Shown here in pieces: positions 29,102 to 39,715 of a stretch of 64,000 nucleotides of DNA. Location of the stretch: positions 9,834 to 73,833 of the forward strand of contig DUQU01000040.1 of the NCBI GenBank assembly GCA_012837645.1, written 5' to 3'. Within the stretch, counting starts at the first letter, position 1, and each line of letters begins with the position of its first letter. Both the position numbers and the translations under genes were made by a program. The DNA is from Acholeplasmataceae bacterium. GTDB lineage: Bacteria > Bacillota_I > Bacilli_A > Acholeplasmatales > UBA5453. The notes below the pieces were generated by a model that saw only the letters and a program-made list of their open reading frames with translations, ran no database searches and was not told the DNA's origin.

Positions 29102-30294
29102 TATTTTTCACTAACACATTCGATCCCCGGTAACTTTTTACCTTCTAAATATTCTAACGAGGCTCCGCCGCCAGTAGAAATATGTGAAAAGGCATCTTGA
29201 TAACCAAAATTAATCGCAGCCGAAGCTGAATCGCCACCGCCAATAATCGTAATCGCTTCTTTATTTTCTGCCAGTGCTTTTAAAATTCCTTTCGTACCTA
29301 AATTATAATGTTCGAACTCAAAAACACCCATTGGGCCATTCCAAATAATTGTTTTCGCTTCTTTTAAAATTTTAGTAAAATGAGCTATCGATTTTGGTCC
29401 GATATCTAAACTCATTTCTCCTTCTTTAATAGTATCAATCGTTCCATAATGAGCAGGTTCAAGATCTTTAAATTCCTTTGTAAAAGCGAAATCAATCGGT
29501 AAAACTATTTTATCCTTGCCTTGTTTTAATAGTTCTAAAGCTAAGTCACATTTATCTAGTTCTACTAAAGAACCACCAACATCATGACCTAAAGCTTTTA
29601 AAAAAGTATAAGCCATTCCCCCACCGATAATAATTTGGTCAGCTAATTTTAATAAATTTTCAATAACACTTATTTTATCAGAAACTTTCGCTCCCCCTAA
29701 AACCGCTACTAACGGTCTCTTTGGATTGCTAATTGCCCCTCCAATAAAGTCAATTTCTTTCGCCAATAAAAAGCCGGCTGCACAACTGCCAATGTTACTA
29801 GCGATTCCCACATTACTAGCATGACTTCTATGGGCAGTCCCAAAAGCATCATTAACAAAAAGATCCCCTAAACTAGCCCAATATTTACCTAATTCTTGAT
29901 CGTTTTTTGATTCTTTTTTACCATCCACATCTTCAAAACGAGTGTTTTCAACTAATAAAACATCACCATTTTGCAGATGGTTAATTTCTGTTTCTAATAG
30001 TTTACCTCTTGTTTCTGGAACGAAAATAACATCCTTATTTAACAATTCTGCTAGTCTTGTTTTTACAATATATAAAGAGTTATTTTCTTTATCTTCAGCT
30101 GTTTTAACTCTTCCTAAATGAGAAAACAGGATTGCTTTTCCACCTTCGTTAATAACATATTCAATCGTCGGTAAAGCTGCTTTTATTCTATTATCATCGG
30201 TAATCTGATCAGCAACGATTGGAACGTTAAAATCAACTCTAATTAAAACTTTTTTACCTTTTAAATCTAAATCACTTACTAATAATTTACTCAT
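29101..30294 (-). CDS. pgk: Phosphoglycerate kinase
   Basis: [29 protein letters not shown] motifs; 397 aa. Confidence 0.95.
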   Translation of the reverse strand: MSKLLVSDLDLKGKKVLIRVDFNVPIVADQITDDNRIKAALPTIEYVINEGGKAILFSHLGRVKTAEDKENNSLYIVKTRLAELLNKDVIFVPETRGKLLETEINHLQNGDVLLVENTRFEDVDGKKESKNDQELGKYWASLGDLFVNDAFGTAHRSHASNVGIASNIGSCAAGFLLAKEIDFIGGAISNPKRPLVAVLGGAKVSDKISVIENLLKLADQIIIGGGMAYTFLKALGHDVGGSLVELDKCDLALELLKQGKDKIVLPIDFAFTKEFKDLEPAHYGTIDTIKEGEMSLDIGPKSIAHFTKILKEAKTIIWNGPMGVFEFEHYNLGTKGILKALAENKEAITIIGGGDSASAAINFGYQDAFSHISTGGGASLEYLEGKKLPGIECVSEK

Positions 30295-30513
30295 TTAAAA
30301 ACCTCCAAATATTTTCACGTTTTTCCATCAATCATTATAACACTAATAAGATTAATATCCTACCGTTATTACAATGAAAAGGGTATCATTATCTAGAGTT
30401 GTTTATTATTATCATCATTTATAGCGATTATTAACATAAACAAGAGAAAAAGTTTACTTATTTTAATCTTTTATTAATTTTTTAAAAAGATGCTAATGAG
30501 CAATTATCGCAAA

Positions 30514-30945
30514 TTAATAACTGTTTTCTAAAAATAGCCGTTGTTGTTTCTCCTCAAGATAAGTAATTATTTTCTTGGCGTTGGCAAGTCCTTTATTAAT
30601 AATATAATAAGAAACATCCAATTTCAGAACAGTTAAATTATTAAAAACTATTTCTACAGTTTTATTTAAGTTTATCACTTTTAAAATTTTAAAATAATTA
30701 AACCAAATAGCTTCATAATTACGAGGAGATTTTGTGGGAATTAAAAGTGTTTTTTCATTAAAATAAATTGGCGTTCTTGTTTTTATATTTAAAAACTTTT
30801 TAATTGCTTTCCTCCTTGATTCATAAGAAAAAAGACAACTTTCACACATTAGCTTTACAACACTAAAAGCACTCTTTTCAGCATATTTAGTGTAATTTTC
30901 GAAAACAATCTCACTTAAGTTTTGATAATTTTTAATAAAGAGCAT
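30514..30945 (-). CDS. ComK-family competence transcription factor-like protein
   Basis: CESCLFSYESRRKAIKKFLNIKTRTPIYFNEKTLLIPTKSPRNYEAIWFNY...VEIVFNNLTVLKLDVSYYII aligns by eye with the B. subtilis ComK core (SCRFFGSSYAGRK..KPPI...IFLFPT.S....C.WI...V.F.NG....L.IS). ATG 30945 follows GGAGA. Confidence 0.6.
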   Translation of the reverse strand: MLFIKNYQNLSEIVFENYTKYAEKSAFSVVKLMCESCLFSYESRRKAIKKFLNIKTRTPIYFNEKTLLIPTKSPRNYEAIWFNYFKILKVINLNKTVEIVFNNLTVLKLDVSYYIINKGLANAKKIITYLEEKQQRLFLENSY

Positions 30946-30979
30946 TTTTATCTCCAAAAAAAAAGACCTAAGCGGCCTT

Positions 30980-32101
30980 TTATTCTCCAATATTAGGATC
31001 GTATATTAATCTTAGTTCTGACTCAGGATCAAAGAAATGTGACTTACTCATATCAATTGCTAATTGTAATTCATCGCCAATATTGATGTCAGCTCTTGCA
31101 TCAACACTTGCACAAATAGAATATTCATTAATGTCCGTGTAAATGTTGGTTTCATGACCGAGTAACTCAGCCACGTCAACGATAACTTTGATTACCGCAC
31201 CAGGATATTTTTTAAACGCTTCTTGATCATCGTAAATATCTTCTGGTCTAATTCCTAAAGTTATTTGTTTTTCTAAAAATTTATTTTGTCTAATAATTTT
31301 CATTTTTTCTTCTGGAACCGTAATTTTATAAGCTCCGGAAACGAAAACTCCATCACTATTAACTACACCTTCAACAAAGTTCATCGGAGGCGTACCAATA
31401 AAGCCACCTACGAAAATATTATTAGGATTATCATAAATTTCTTTAGGCGCTCCCACTTGTTGAATATAGCCGTCTTTTTGAACAACTATTCTCGTCGCCA
31501 TCGTCATCGCTTCGATTTGGTCATGAGTAACATAAATAGTAGTAGTATTAAGACTATTGTGTAATTTAATTAATTCCCCTCTCATCTGAACTCTTAACTT
31601 AGCATCTAAGTTTGATAATGGTTCATCCATTAAAAACACTTTCGCGTCTCTTACAATCGCTCTCCCTAAAGCAACTCTTTGACGCTGACCACCAGACAAT
31701 GCTTTTGGTTTACGGTCTAAATAAGCCATTAACCCTAGTATTTCAGCAGCCTCTTTAACCTTCTTCTCAATTTCATTTTTAGGCATCTTCCTAATCTTTA
31801 ATCCGAATGCCATATTATCATAAACGGTCATATGAGGATATAAAGCATAGCTTTGGAAAACCATCGCAATATTTCTATCTTTAGGAGCGACATCATTGAC
31901 CAATAAGTCATCGATATATAGCTCACCAGAAGTAATCTCCTCTAATCCCGCCACCATTCTTAAAGTTGTCGACTTCCCACAACCAGACGGCCCAACTAAA
32001 ACAATAAACTCGCGATCTCTAATATTTAAATTAAAATCAAATACCGCTTGAACACCATTAGGATAAATCTTATTGATGTCTTTAAACTTTAACGTTGCCA
32101 T
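30980..32101 (-). CDS. Sugar ABC transporter ATP-binding protein (MsmX/MalK/UgpC type), orphan
   Basis: Walker A GPSGCGKST, signature LSGGQRQRVALGRA, Walker B FLMDEPLSNLD and a C-terminal MalK-type regulatory/TOBE domain. No permease or binding-protein gene is adjacent. Confidence 0.85.
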   Translation of the reverse strand: MATLKFKDINKIYPNGVQAVFDFNLNIRDREFIVLVGPSGCGKSTTLRMVAGLEEITSGELYIDDLLVNDVAPKDRNIAMVFQSYALYPHMTVYDNMAFGLKIRKMPKNEIEKKVKEAAEILGLMAYLDRKPKALSGGQRQRVALGRAIVRDAKVFLMDEPLSNLDAKLRVQMRGELIKLHNSLNTTTIYVTHDQIEAMTMATRIVVQKDGYIQQVGAPKEIYDNPNNIFVGGFIGTPPMNFVEGVVNSDGVFVSGAYKITVPEEKMKIIRQNKFLEKQITLGIRPEDIYDDQEAFKKYPGAVIKVIVDVAELLGHETNIYTDINEYSICASVDARADINIGDELQLAIDMSKSHFFDPESELRLIYDPNIGE

Positions 32102-32190
32102 AACTATCTCCTTTTTTTTAATATGTTTTTACTAACAACTTAATTATAACGATAGTCGCTCCAAAAAAAAATAGGCACATTGCCTATAAA

Positions 32191-32778
32191 CTACTCTTTT
32201 AATAATAAATAAATGAAAACTGCTTCTTGGTAATTTTTTAAATTGTAACCTGTTATCTTTTCAAACTTATTAATTCTATTAATTAAAGTATTACGGTGGA
32301 GGTTAGCTTGTTTCGCAGAAAGCGATGTATTTTGATTATTGAGCAAATAAATTTTAATTGACTTTAAAAACTCTTTATCATTGTAGAGACTCTTAAAAAC
32401 TTCTTTTTTTAAATCCTCATTTAAATAAGAACGAATATGACCATAAAGAAGAGTAATATCATTATTATACGTTTCTTTAAAAACATCCTTTTTGAAAATA
32501 GTTTTTAAATTCGTTTTCAAAGCTTTTAAATCATTAAAATAATTCGATTCATATAACTTTAAGTTGCTTAAAAACTCACTATTGGTAGAGTTAATAAACT
32601 CTTGCCAAGAAAAAGATTTCTCTTTAGAATCTTGCGCAATTAAAAGGTCATCATCAATTTCAAGCAAAGGAAAAACCATAATTTCCTTAATTAAAGTTAG
32701 TAAGATGTTTTTTTCCATTTCATTCAATTTTTTAATACCAGCAATCGCAACATAATAATAAAACATTTTTAACCTCAA
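32191..32778 (-). CDS. PucR/CdaR-like transcriptional regulator (C-terminal HTH_30)
   Basis: C-terminus SLSAKQANLHRNTLINRINKFEKITGYNLKNYQEAVFIYLLL is the PucR-type HTH. The N-terminal start is uncertain. Confidence 0.6.
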   Translation of the reverse strand: MRLKMFYYYVAIAGIKKLNEMEKNILLTLIKEIMVFPLLEIDDDLLIAQDSKEKSFSWQEFINSTNSEFLSNLKLYESNYFNDLKALKTNLKTIFKKDVFKETYNNDITLLYGHIRSYLNEDLKKEVFKSLYNDKEFLKSIKIYLLNNQNTSLSAKQANLHRNTLINRINKFEKITGYNLKNYQEAVFIYLLLKE

Positions 32779-32842
32779 TTGTTATTATACCTTATTTAAG
32801 AAATTAAAATATAGTGTATAATAATTTAAGAAGGTGAATACC

Positions 32843-33850
32843 ATGAAAAAATTTACTAACTTTTTAAAAAAAGAAGCCACTATCGGTTTAGTAGCGCCGA
32901 GCTTTGGCGCTAATATTGAGCCCTACAAAACTAGGCTAACTTATGCTTTAAAACTCTTTAAAAAAATGGGTTACAAAATTAAAACTTTTGGCGACCTTTA
33001 TGGCTATCAAGAAGGAGCCTCTGAAACAAAAGAAAAAAGAGCGAAACATTTTATGGCTTGCTATTTAGATTCTGAAGTCGATGTTATTTTTAGCGTTTCT
33101 GGTGGAGAATTATTAATGGAGATTTTACCATTACTTGACTTTGAAATAATTAATGCTGCTCCTGTAAAACTGTTTTGCGGTTACTCTGATAATACTAACT
33201 TAACTTTCGTCTTAACAACGATGCTTAATATTCCTACTGTTTACGGTCCTACTTTTACTAATTTCGGAATGAAGCCTTTAGATCCTTTCTTAAAAAGGAC
33301 TCTTCAAATTCTCTCTGGCAACTTTATCAAGCAAAATAGTTCTTCTTATTATGAACCTAGAGACTATCAAAATACTGATCCTCTCGCATCTTATAATTTA
33401 ACCCTAAAAACAAAGTGGCGTAATTTAAATGAGGAAAAAGAAATCCGTTTAGAAGGAATTTTAATCGGTGGCTGCTTAGATGTTTTAATAGGTTTAGTAG
33501 GAACGCAATATGACGACGTTAAAAACTTTTTAAAACAACATCAAAAAGAAAAGATTATTTGGTATTTAGAAAGTTTTGATTTAAACTCTCTTAAATTTAA
33601 AAGGGCACTTTGGCAACTAAAAGAAGCTGGTTGGTTTGAAAGAATTGACGGCCTCTTAATTGGAAGACATTTAAATGAGGAAGCAGCCTTAGGAATAACG
33701 CACGATGATGTCTTAAAAGAACTATTTAACATTCCTGTTATTGTTGATTTAGACATCGGCCATGTAAAACCAATGCTCACCATTATTAACGGTTATAAAG
33801 CTCTTATTGTCAATAACGAAAACGAGAGTTATTATCAAATTTTAAAATAA
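32843..33850 (+). CDS. LD-carboxypeptidase / MccF-like S66 serine peptidase
   Basis: IGLVAPS..., nucleophile motif FCGYSDNTNL, and a C-terminal DLDIGHV (His of the triad). ATG 32843 follows GAAGGTGA. Confidence 0.75.
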   Translation: MKKFTNFLKKEATIGLVAPSFGANIEPYKTRLTYALKLFKKMGYKIKTFGDLYGYQEGASETKEKRAKHFMACYLDSEVDVIFSVSGGELLMEILPLLDFEIINAAPVKLFCGYSDNTNLTFVLTTMLNIPTVYGPTFTNFGMKPLDPFLKRTLQILSGNFIKQNSSSYYEPRDYQNTDPLASYNLTLKTKWRNLNEEKEIRLEGILIGGCLDVLIGLVGTQYDDVKNFLKQHQKEKIIWYLESFDLNSLKFKRALWQLKEAGWFERIDGLLIGRHLNEEAALGITHDDVLKELFNIPVIVDLDIGHVKPMLTIINGYKALIVNNENESYYQILK

Positions 33851-33863
33851 AGCAGTATTCAAT

Positions 33864-33892
33864 TAAAAAAACGCATTTAAGCGTTTTTTTTA
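33864..33892. terminator. Bidirectional intrinsic terminator (LD-carboxypeptidase / sufB convergent)
   Basis: AAAAAAACGC-atttaa-GCGTTTTTTTT. Confidence 0.75.
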
Positions 33893-33906
33893 TTGTTATC
33901 TCTCTT

Positions 33907-35316
33907 TTAACCTATTGAACCTTCCATCTCTAATTTAATTAAGGCATTTAATTCAATCGCATATTCCATCGGTAATTCTTTCGCGAAAGGCTCAATAAAG
34001 CCCATAATAATCATTTCAGTTGCTTCTTCTTCAGTTAAGCCTCTGCTCATTAAATAAAAGAGTTGTTCTTCGCTTATTTTTGATACTGTCGCTTCATGTT
34101 CTAAAAAGACATCACTGTTTTTAACAATATTAAGAGGGATTGTATCAGAAAATGATATTTCATCTAAAATTATCGTATCGCATTCAATATGAGATTTCGC
34201 CCCTTTTGCTTTTTTATCAAAAAACACTTTCCCGCGGTAATTAACCTTACCGCCACCTCTAGCTATTGATTTAGAAATAATATTAGAGGTGGTATTGGGT
34301 GCTAAATGAATCATTTTCGCTCCCGCGTCTTGTTGTTGGTTTTTGCTTGCAAAGGCAATCGAAATTGTCGTCCCTTTTGCACCTTCACCAAGTAAAACAC
34401 AAGAAGGATATTTCATATTGATACTTGAACCCATATTTCCATCAATCCATTCCATATGGCCTTCATTATAAACATGAGCTCGTTTCGTTACTAGGTTTAA
34501 GACGTTTGTAGACCAATTTTGAATTGTTGTATAACGACAATAACCACCTTTTAAAACAATAATTTCCACTATCGCTGCATGAAGTGAGTCTTCGGAATAG
34601 ATAGGTGCTGTACAACCTTCAACATAATCAACAGAAGCTCCTTCATCAACAATTATTAACGTCCTTTCAAATTGTCCCATCAATTCGCTATTAATTCTAA
34701 AGTACGATTGTAAAGGTTTTTTCAGCTTTACTCCTTTAGGAACGTAAATAAATGAGCCACCACTCCAAACAGCACTGTTTAAAGCAGCATACTTATTGTC
34801 ATTCGCTTTAACTACAGTATTAAAATACTTTTTAAATAATTCGGGATACTCTTTTAAAGCTGTATCAGTATCTAAAAATATTACTCCTTCTTTAGTTAAT
34901 TCTTCTTGAGTGGAATGATAAACAACTTCACTTTCAAATTGAGTAGAGACGCCTGCTAAAAACTTTCGTTCCGCTTCAGGGATTCCTAATCTTTCAAAAG
35001 TTTCTTTAATTTCTTGAGGAACATCATCCCAACTTTTTTCTACTTTTTCACTACTTCTAATAAAATAAGTAATTTTATCAAAATCGATATGAGATAAATC
35101 AGGTCCCCAATTAGGATTTTTCATCTTTTTAAAAGTTTCATAGCTTTCAAGCCGGAAGTTGAGCATCCATTCTGGTTCATTTTTATAAGCAGAAATTAAA
35201 CGAACTACCTCTTCATTCAAACCTTTTCCAGTATCAAGTATTCTTTTATCTTCGGTTTTAAAACCATATTCATATTCACCGATAATTTTATCTATTTTCT
35301 TTTTACTTTCATCCAT
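33907..35316 (-). CDS. sufB: Fe-S cluster assembly protein SufB
   Basis: ~469 aa, highly conserved SufB sequence (YEYGF..., ...FINYRGKV-like region, C-terminal EMEGSIG). ATG 35316 overlaps the sufU stop (ATGGATGA). Confidence 0.95.
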   Translation of the reverse strand: MDESKKKIDKIIGEYEYGFKTEDKRILDTGKGLNEEVVRLISAYKNEPEWMLNFRLESYETFKKMKNPNWGPDLSHIDFDKITYFIRSSEKVEKSWDDVPQEIKETFERLGIPEAERKFLAGVSTQFESEVVYHSTQEELTKEGVIFLDTDTALKEYPELFKKYFNTVVKANDNKYAALNSAVWSGGSFIYVPKGVKLKKPLQSYFRINSELMGQFERTLIIVDEGASVDYVEGCTAPIYSEDSLHAAIVEIIVLKGGYCRYTTIQNWSTNVLNLVTKRAHVYNEGHMEWIDGNMGSSINMKYPSCVLLGEGAKGTTISIAFASKNQQQDAGAKMIHLAPNTTSNIISKSIARGGGKVNYRGKVFFDKKAKGAKSHIECDTIILDEISFSDTIPLNIVKNSDVFLEHEATVSKISEEQLFYLMSRGLTEEEATEMIIMGFIEPFAKELPMEYAIELNALIKLEMEGSIG

Positions 35317-35740
35317 TATTAACACCTTCTTTTAAACCTTTTTCTAAAGCTTTCCAAGCTAACATCGCACATCTAATTCGAGCTGGAAACTTGCCAACGC
35401 CTTCAAACGCCAACATTTCTCTATTGATATTTTCATCTTTTTCTCCCATTAAGAAGTTTGCAAATGACTCAATTATTTCTAAAGCTTTTTCTGTTTGTTT
35501 TCCTTTTAAAGTCTCACTCATTAAAGAAGCACTCGCACAACAAATACTGCATCCTTTTCCTTCTTGTCTAATATCTTTAATTGTTTTACCTTCGAGTAAA
35601 AATTGAATCGTTACCTCATCCCCACAAGAAGGATTATAAAGACTAACCAATTGATAATTTTTATTATTAAGAAGACCTTTGTTACGCGGGTTTTGATAAT
35701 GATCCATTATTATTTCACGATATAAATAATTTAAATTCAT
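35309..35740 (-). CDS. sufU: Fe-S cluster assembly sulfur-transfer protein SufU (IscU-like)
   Basis: [44 protein letters not shown] motifs. Confidence 0.9.
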   Translation of the reverse strand: MNLNYLYREIIMDHYQNPRNKGLLNNKNYQLVSLYNPSCGDEVTIQFLLEGKTIKDIRQEGKGCSICCASASLMSETLKGKQTEKALEIIESFANFLMGEKDENINREMLAFEGVGKFPARIRCAMLAWKALEKGLKEGVNNG

Positions 35741-36957
35741 TTCTTTTCTCCTCTAAACTGTTTAAAGAAAGCGATCGTTTCTTTAATCGAGGCCACCAAT
35801 TTATCGCAATCATTAAAATCATTATAAATGTGAAATGAAGCTCTTAAAGTTGCCATTTCGCCTAAAAACTTAGTAATTGGCTCCGCGCAATGTTGACCCG
35901 CTCTTAAATAAACTTTGTTTTTTGCAAAAATAGTCATCGCGTCATGTGGGTGAACACCATCAATGTTAAAAGTAATTAAACCAATTTCATTATGAGGGTT
36001 ATAAACTTTAACTTCTTTGAGCTCTTTTAATTTCTTTAAAGTGTATTCATGTAACATTTTAGTATGTTCTCTAATACTACTATAATCTATTTTATTAAAA
36101 AATTTTATTGCTTCTTTAAAAGCTATTACTCCCTCAATAGGAGGCGTACCTGCTTCAAACTTATAAGGAGCATCTTTAAAAATGGCGCTTTCCTTATCAA
36201 CTTTTAAAACCATTTCACCACCATATTCAAATGGGATAGTTTCTTGATGTGTTTGCTCATTTAAATATAATATACCAACCCCTGTAGGTCCAAACATCTT
36301 ATGACTAGAAAATGCCAAGTAATCTACTTTTAAAGCTTTAACATCAAGTTTAAAATGAGGAGCCGCTTGAGCAGCGTCTATTAAAACCCGCGCTTTTTTT
36401 TCATGCGCTAACATAATTATTTCTCTTAAGGGAGTTAAATAGCCCATCACATTAGAAACGTAATTTAAAGCAACAATTTTTGTTTTATCGCTTAAAACAG
36501 CTAAGAAATTAGCAACTGTAATTCTTCCTTCTTTAGTCAGTTTGACATATTTGATAGTTGCTTTTGTTTTTTTAGCTACTATTTGCCAAGGAATAAAATT
36601 AGTGTGATGTTCCAACTCAGAAATAATTATTTCATCACCTTCTTTTAAAATGCTAGAAAAATGATTAGCGACTAAATTGATTCCTTCGGTCGTCCCTTTT
36701 GTAAAAACAATTTCTTGTTTATCAGCGTTAATAAACTGGGCAACTTCTTCTCGAGTTGCTTCAAAAAGAGTAGTTGTTTGATAGCCAAGATCGTAATCAC
36801 CACGATAGACATTGGTATTTAAATTATCATAATAATAATTAATACTTTCCTTTACTTTATTAAGTTTTAAAGCTGAGGCAGCACTATCTAAATAAACTAA
36901 CTGAGGATGGTTTTTATAAATAGGAAAAGCCTCTCTAATTTTTCGTACACAAATCAT
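35737..36957 (-). CDS. sufS: Cysteine desulfurase SufS
   Basis: PLP-lysine motif FSSHKMFGPTG, active-site Cys in RAGQHCAEP; 406 aa. Confidence 0.9.
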   Translation of the reverse strand: MICVRKIREAFPIYKNHPQLVYLDSAASALKLNKVKESINYYYDNLNTNVYRGDYDLGYQTTTLFEATREEVAQFINADKQEIVFTKGTTEGINLVANHFSSILKEGDEIIISELEHHTNFIPWQIVAKKTKATIKYVKLTKEGRITVANFLAVLSDKTKIVALNYVSNVMGYLTPLREIIMLAHEKKARVLIDAAQAAPHFKLDVKALKVDYLAFSSHKMFGPTGVGILYLNEQTHQETIPFEYGGEMVLKVDKESAIFKDAPYKFEAGTPPIEGVIAFKEAIKFFNKIDYSSIREHTKMLHEYTLKKLKELKEVKVYNPHNEIGLITFNIDGVHPHDAMTIFAKNKVYLRAGQHCAEPITKFLGEMATLRASFHIYNDFNDCDKLVASIKETIAFFKQFRGEKK

Positions 36958-37826
36958 ATTCTTTCATTCACCAAATCTAAAAACCTTTCTTTTAAAGGTT
37001 CATCACTAATTTCATTAACAAGTGGTGCTAATAAACCATTTATCATTAACTTCTCAGCTTCTTTTCTTGTTAGGCCTCTACTCATCAAATAATAAATGCT
37101 CACTTCTTCTAATCTTCCCACCGTCGCTGCATGCCCAGCTTTAATATCGTGTTCATCAATTAATAAGATTGGGTTCACTTCAACAGTGGCGTCATCGGAA
37201 GTAATAATTCCTTTTAAACTTTGATAAGCATCAGCCTTAACCATCTTTTGCAAAATCTTCTCTACACCATTCAAAACAACTTTACCATTACCATTAGCAA
37301 TCGCTATATTATGCATTAATCCAGTTGTATGAGGAGCTTCATGAATAAGTTCAATGTCGATGTTTTGTTCGTTATTAAAACTAGAAACCGCCACCGCCCT
37401 TAAATGCACTAAAGCATTTTCTGCCAGTAACCTCGCTTGCATTTTAGCCTTTAAAACATTAGCAACAAATCCGCCTAATAACTCCATTTGACTATCTCTT
37501 TGTGCTAAAAAATGGTGGTTAATGACTGCTGCTTCACTTTTTAAATCTGCAATTAACAAATAAGTTACTTTACTATTAGCTTCCCCGTTTAAAGTGATTT
37601 GATAATTATGTGGTAATTGATCATTACTACTCAATGATAAAATTATTTTAATTTCACTAGATTCGCCAATAGTTATAAAAAACTCTTCATTTTTGTCATC
37701 TAATAAAGATATTTTAAGGCTTTCTTTAAAACTTTGGTTTTTAGCGATAACTAAATGTGAATCTTGATAAGTTACCCCCTTTGGTAAGTCTCCTATTAAT
37801 TTTTTATCTTTAATAATAACTTCCAT
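36954..37826 (-). CDS. sufD: Fe-S cluster assembly protein SufD (short form)
   Basis: C-terminal SufB/SufD beta-helix and ...[35 protein letters not shown]. 290 aa, intact ORF between sufC and sufS. Confidence 0.8.
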   Translation of the reverse strand: MEVIIKDKKLIGDLPKGVTYQDSHLVIAKNQSFKESLKISLLDDKNEEFFITIGESSEIKIILSLSSNDQLPHNYQITLNGEANSKVTYLLIADLKSEAAVINHHFLAQRDSQMELLGGFVANVLKAKMQARLLAENALVHLRAVAVSSFNNEQNIDIELIHEAPHTTGLMHNIAIANGNGKVVLNGVEKILQKMVKADAYQSLKGIITSDDATVEVNPILLIDEHDIKAGHAATVGRLEEVSIYYLMSRGLTRKEAEKLMINGLLAPLVNEISDEPLKERFLDLVNERI

Positions 37827-37828
37827 TA

Positions 37829-38590
37829 TTAATCCTCTTTAAACTCAATTCCTAATTCTTCTTTTAACCACTGATAACCATTTTTATCAATTTTTTCAAT
37901 CAATTCTTCTTTGCCCGTTAAAACTATTTTACCGTCAATCATAATATGAACAAAGGTAGGTTTGATATAGTGTAATACTCTTTGATAATGAGTAATTAAA
38001 ATACAACCAAAATCATCGGAAATCATTTCGTTAATATTATTACCGACTACTTTTAAAGCATCGATATCTAACCCGGAATCAATTTCGTCTAAAATCGCTA
38101 TTTTAGGTTTTAACATTTTCATCTGCAAAACCTCATTACGTTTTTTCTCACCACCAGAAAAACCTTCATTCAAATAACGGTGAGCAAGATCAACATTCAT
38201 GTTTAATTCTTCAATTGTTTTTTCATACTTTAAAATAAAATCATAAATAGGCATTTGCTTATTAGTTAAAGACTTAATTGCCGCTCTCACAAACTCGCTA
38301 TTGGTAACTCCTGATACTTCAGCTGGATATTGCATCCCTAAAAAAAGACCCGCCTTCGCTCTTTCATCGACGCTCATAGCCAAAACATCTTTTCCATCAA
38401 GCAGTACTTCACCTTCAGTAATTGTATAAGCGGGATGACCCATAATCGCACTAGCAAGGGTGCTCTTTCCGGTTCCATTCGGACCCATTATTGCATGTAC
38501 TTCATTAGAATTTACTTTTAAATTAACCCCATTTAAAATCATGTTATCTTGGGCTTTAACATGCAAGTTTTTAATTATTAATGTAGACAT
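37829..38590 (-). CDS. sufC: Fe-S cluster assembly ATPase SufC
   Basis: Walker A GPNGTGKST, FSGGEKKRNEVLQM, ILDEIDSGLD. Confidence 0.95.
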   Translation of the reverse strand: MSTLIIKNLHVKAQDNMILNGVNLKVNSNEVHAIMGPNGTGKSTLASAIMGHPAYTITEGEVLLDGKDVLAMSVDERAKAGLFLGMQYPAEVSGVTNSEFVRAAIKSLTNKQMPIYDFILKYEKTIEELNMNVDLAHRYLNEGFSGGEKKRNEVLQMKMLKPKIAILDEIDSGLDIDALKVVGNNINEMISDDFGCILITHYQRVLHYIKPTFVHIMIDGKIVLTGKEELIEKIDKNGYQWLKEELGIEFKED

Positions 38591-38774
38591 TAACTATCCT
38601 CCTTTAATTCACCATTAGTATTATAACTTATTTGCTATTGATAATCTAACAATAAGATAATTAAACTTTTTCTTAATTACGGTTTTATTCATAAGAAATT
38701 ATTTAAATCGCAAAATGTTCTTTTAGTATTCTGTTTTTTCGTTACAAAGGCTTTCAAAAATTATTAAATACTAA

Positions 38775-38806
38775 ATAAGTAAACCCCTTTATGAAGGGGT
38801 TTACAT
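38775..38806 (-). terminator. Intrinsic terminator downstream of metQ
   Basis: GTAAACCCCTT-tatg-AAGGGGTTTAC, an 11-bp perfect stem with a T-rich tail on the minus strand. Confidence 0.7.
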
Positions 38807-38897
38807 TAAATGCGTTATAAAAAAATGATTATTTCCTTTTTACATTCTAACTAATGATAGAGGTTTGACAAAGCCTTTTAATTATGTTGATTTCCGA

Positions 38898-39715
38898 TTA
38901 AGAAGCGTTAATAACGCTGCCTTGATACTTTTCATTAATAAACTCCTTAATCGCAGTTTCTTTTAAAACCGCAATTAATGCTTTTATTTTAGGCGAATCA
39001 AGTAGCTCTGCTCTGGTTGCGATAATGTTTACATAAGGATTATCAGTTGCCTTCTCAATGAAAATAGTATCTTCAAGAGGGTTTAAGTTACCTTCTAAAG
39101 CAAAATTTGAATTTATTATAAACAAATCAGCTTCATTGTTTTTGTATGCAGGAACCAAATAATCGGCTGCTGGTTTGTTTTCCTTAAATATTAAATTCTT
39201 TTTATTTTCAATAATAATTTCGCTAAAATTAGCATTATCTCCCTCAGGATCAAAATCAGCTTTTAACGTTAATAATCCAGCATCTCTCAGCAGCATTAAG
39301 GCGCGGCCAAAATCACTAGTTGAATTGGAAATTAAAACTGTTGAACCTTCTTCGATTTCTTCTAGACTTTGATACTTTTTGCTATATAATCCAATCGGTT
39401 CAATATGGACATTATAAGCGTTAACTAATTGTTTTTGAGGATTTTTATTATTATAATCGTTTAAAAATGGTATGTGTTGAAAAAAGTTAGCACAGCATCT
39501 TTATTAACAACGCTAGGATTTGGTAAAAAATAGTCTGAAGTAATAATAATTTCCAATTGATAACCTCTTTCTTTTAAAAGTGGTTTAGCAATCTCTAAAA
39601 TTTCTCCATGAGGAGTACTGGTTGCGATAACAGTAATTTTTTCATAATTGTTTTGTTGGCATGAAACTAGTGTAATAGTTAATAATAAAGTTATAAGTGT
39701 TAAGATTTTTTTCAT
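38898..39715 (-). pseudogene. metQ: Methionine ABC transporter substrate-binding lipoprotein MetQ/NlpA family, single-base frameshift
   Basis: ORF 39461..39715 gives the signal peptide plus lipobox (LTITLVSC) and ...NKDAVLTFFNTYHF*. The frame of ORF 38898..39296 is open back to 39500 and reads ..CCANFFQHIPFLNDYN...STSDFGRALMLLRDAGLL. Inserting one base in GATGCTG^TGCTAAC (about 39492/39493) restores the canonical ..NKDADANFFQH.. junction. Confidence 0.8.

Noticed and set aside
36954-37826. SufD is only 290 aa, which raised the possibility of truncation.
   Set aside because: The ORF is intact. It starts 2 nt after sufC and overlaps sufS by 4 nt, with no upstream in-frame remnant. I read it as a naturally short SufD rather than a pseudogene.
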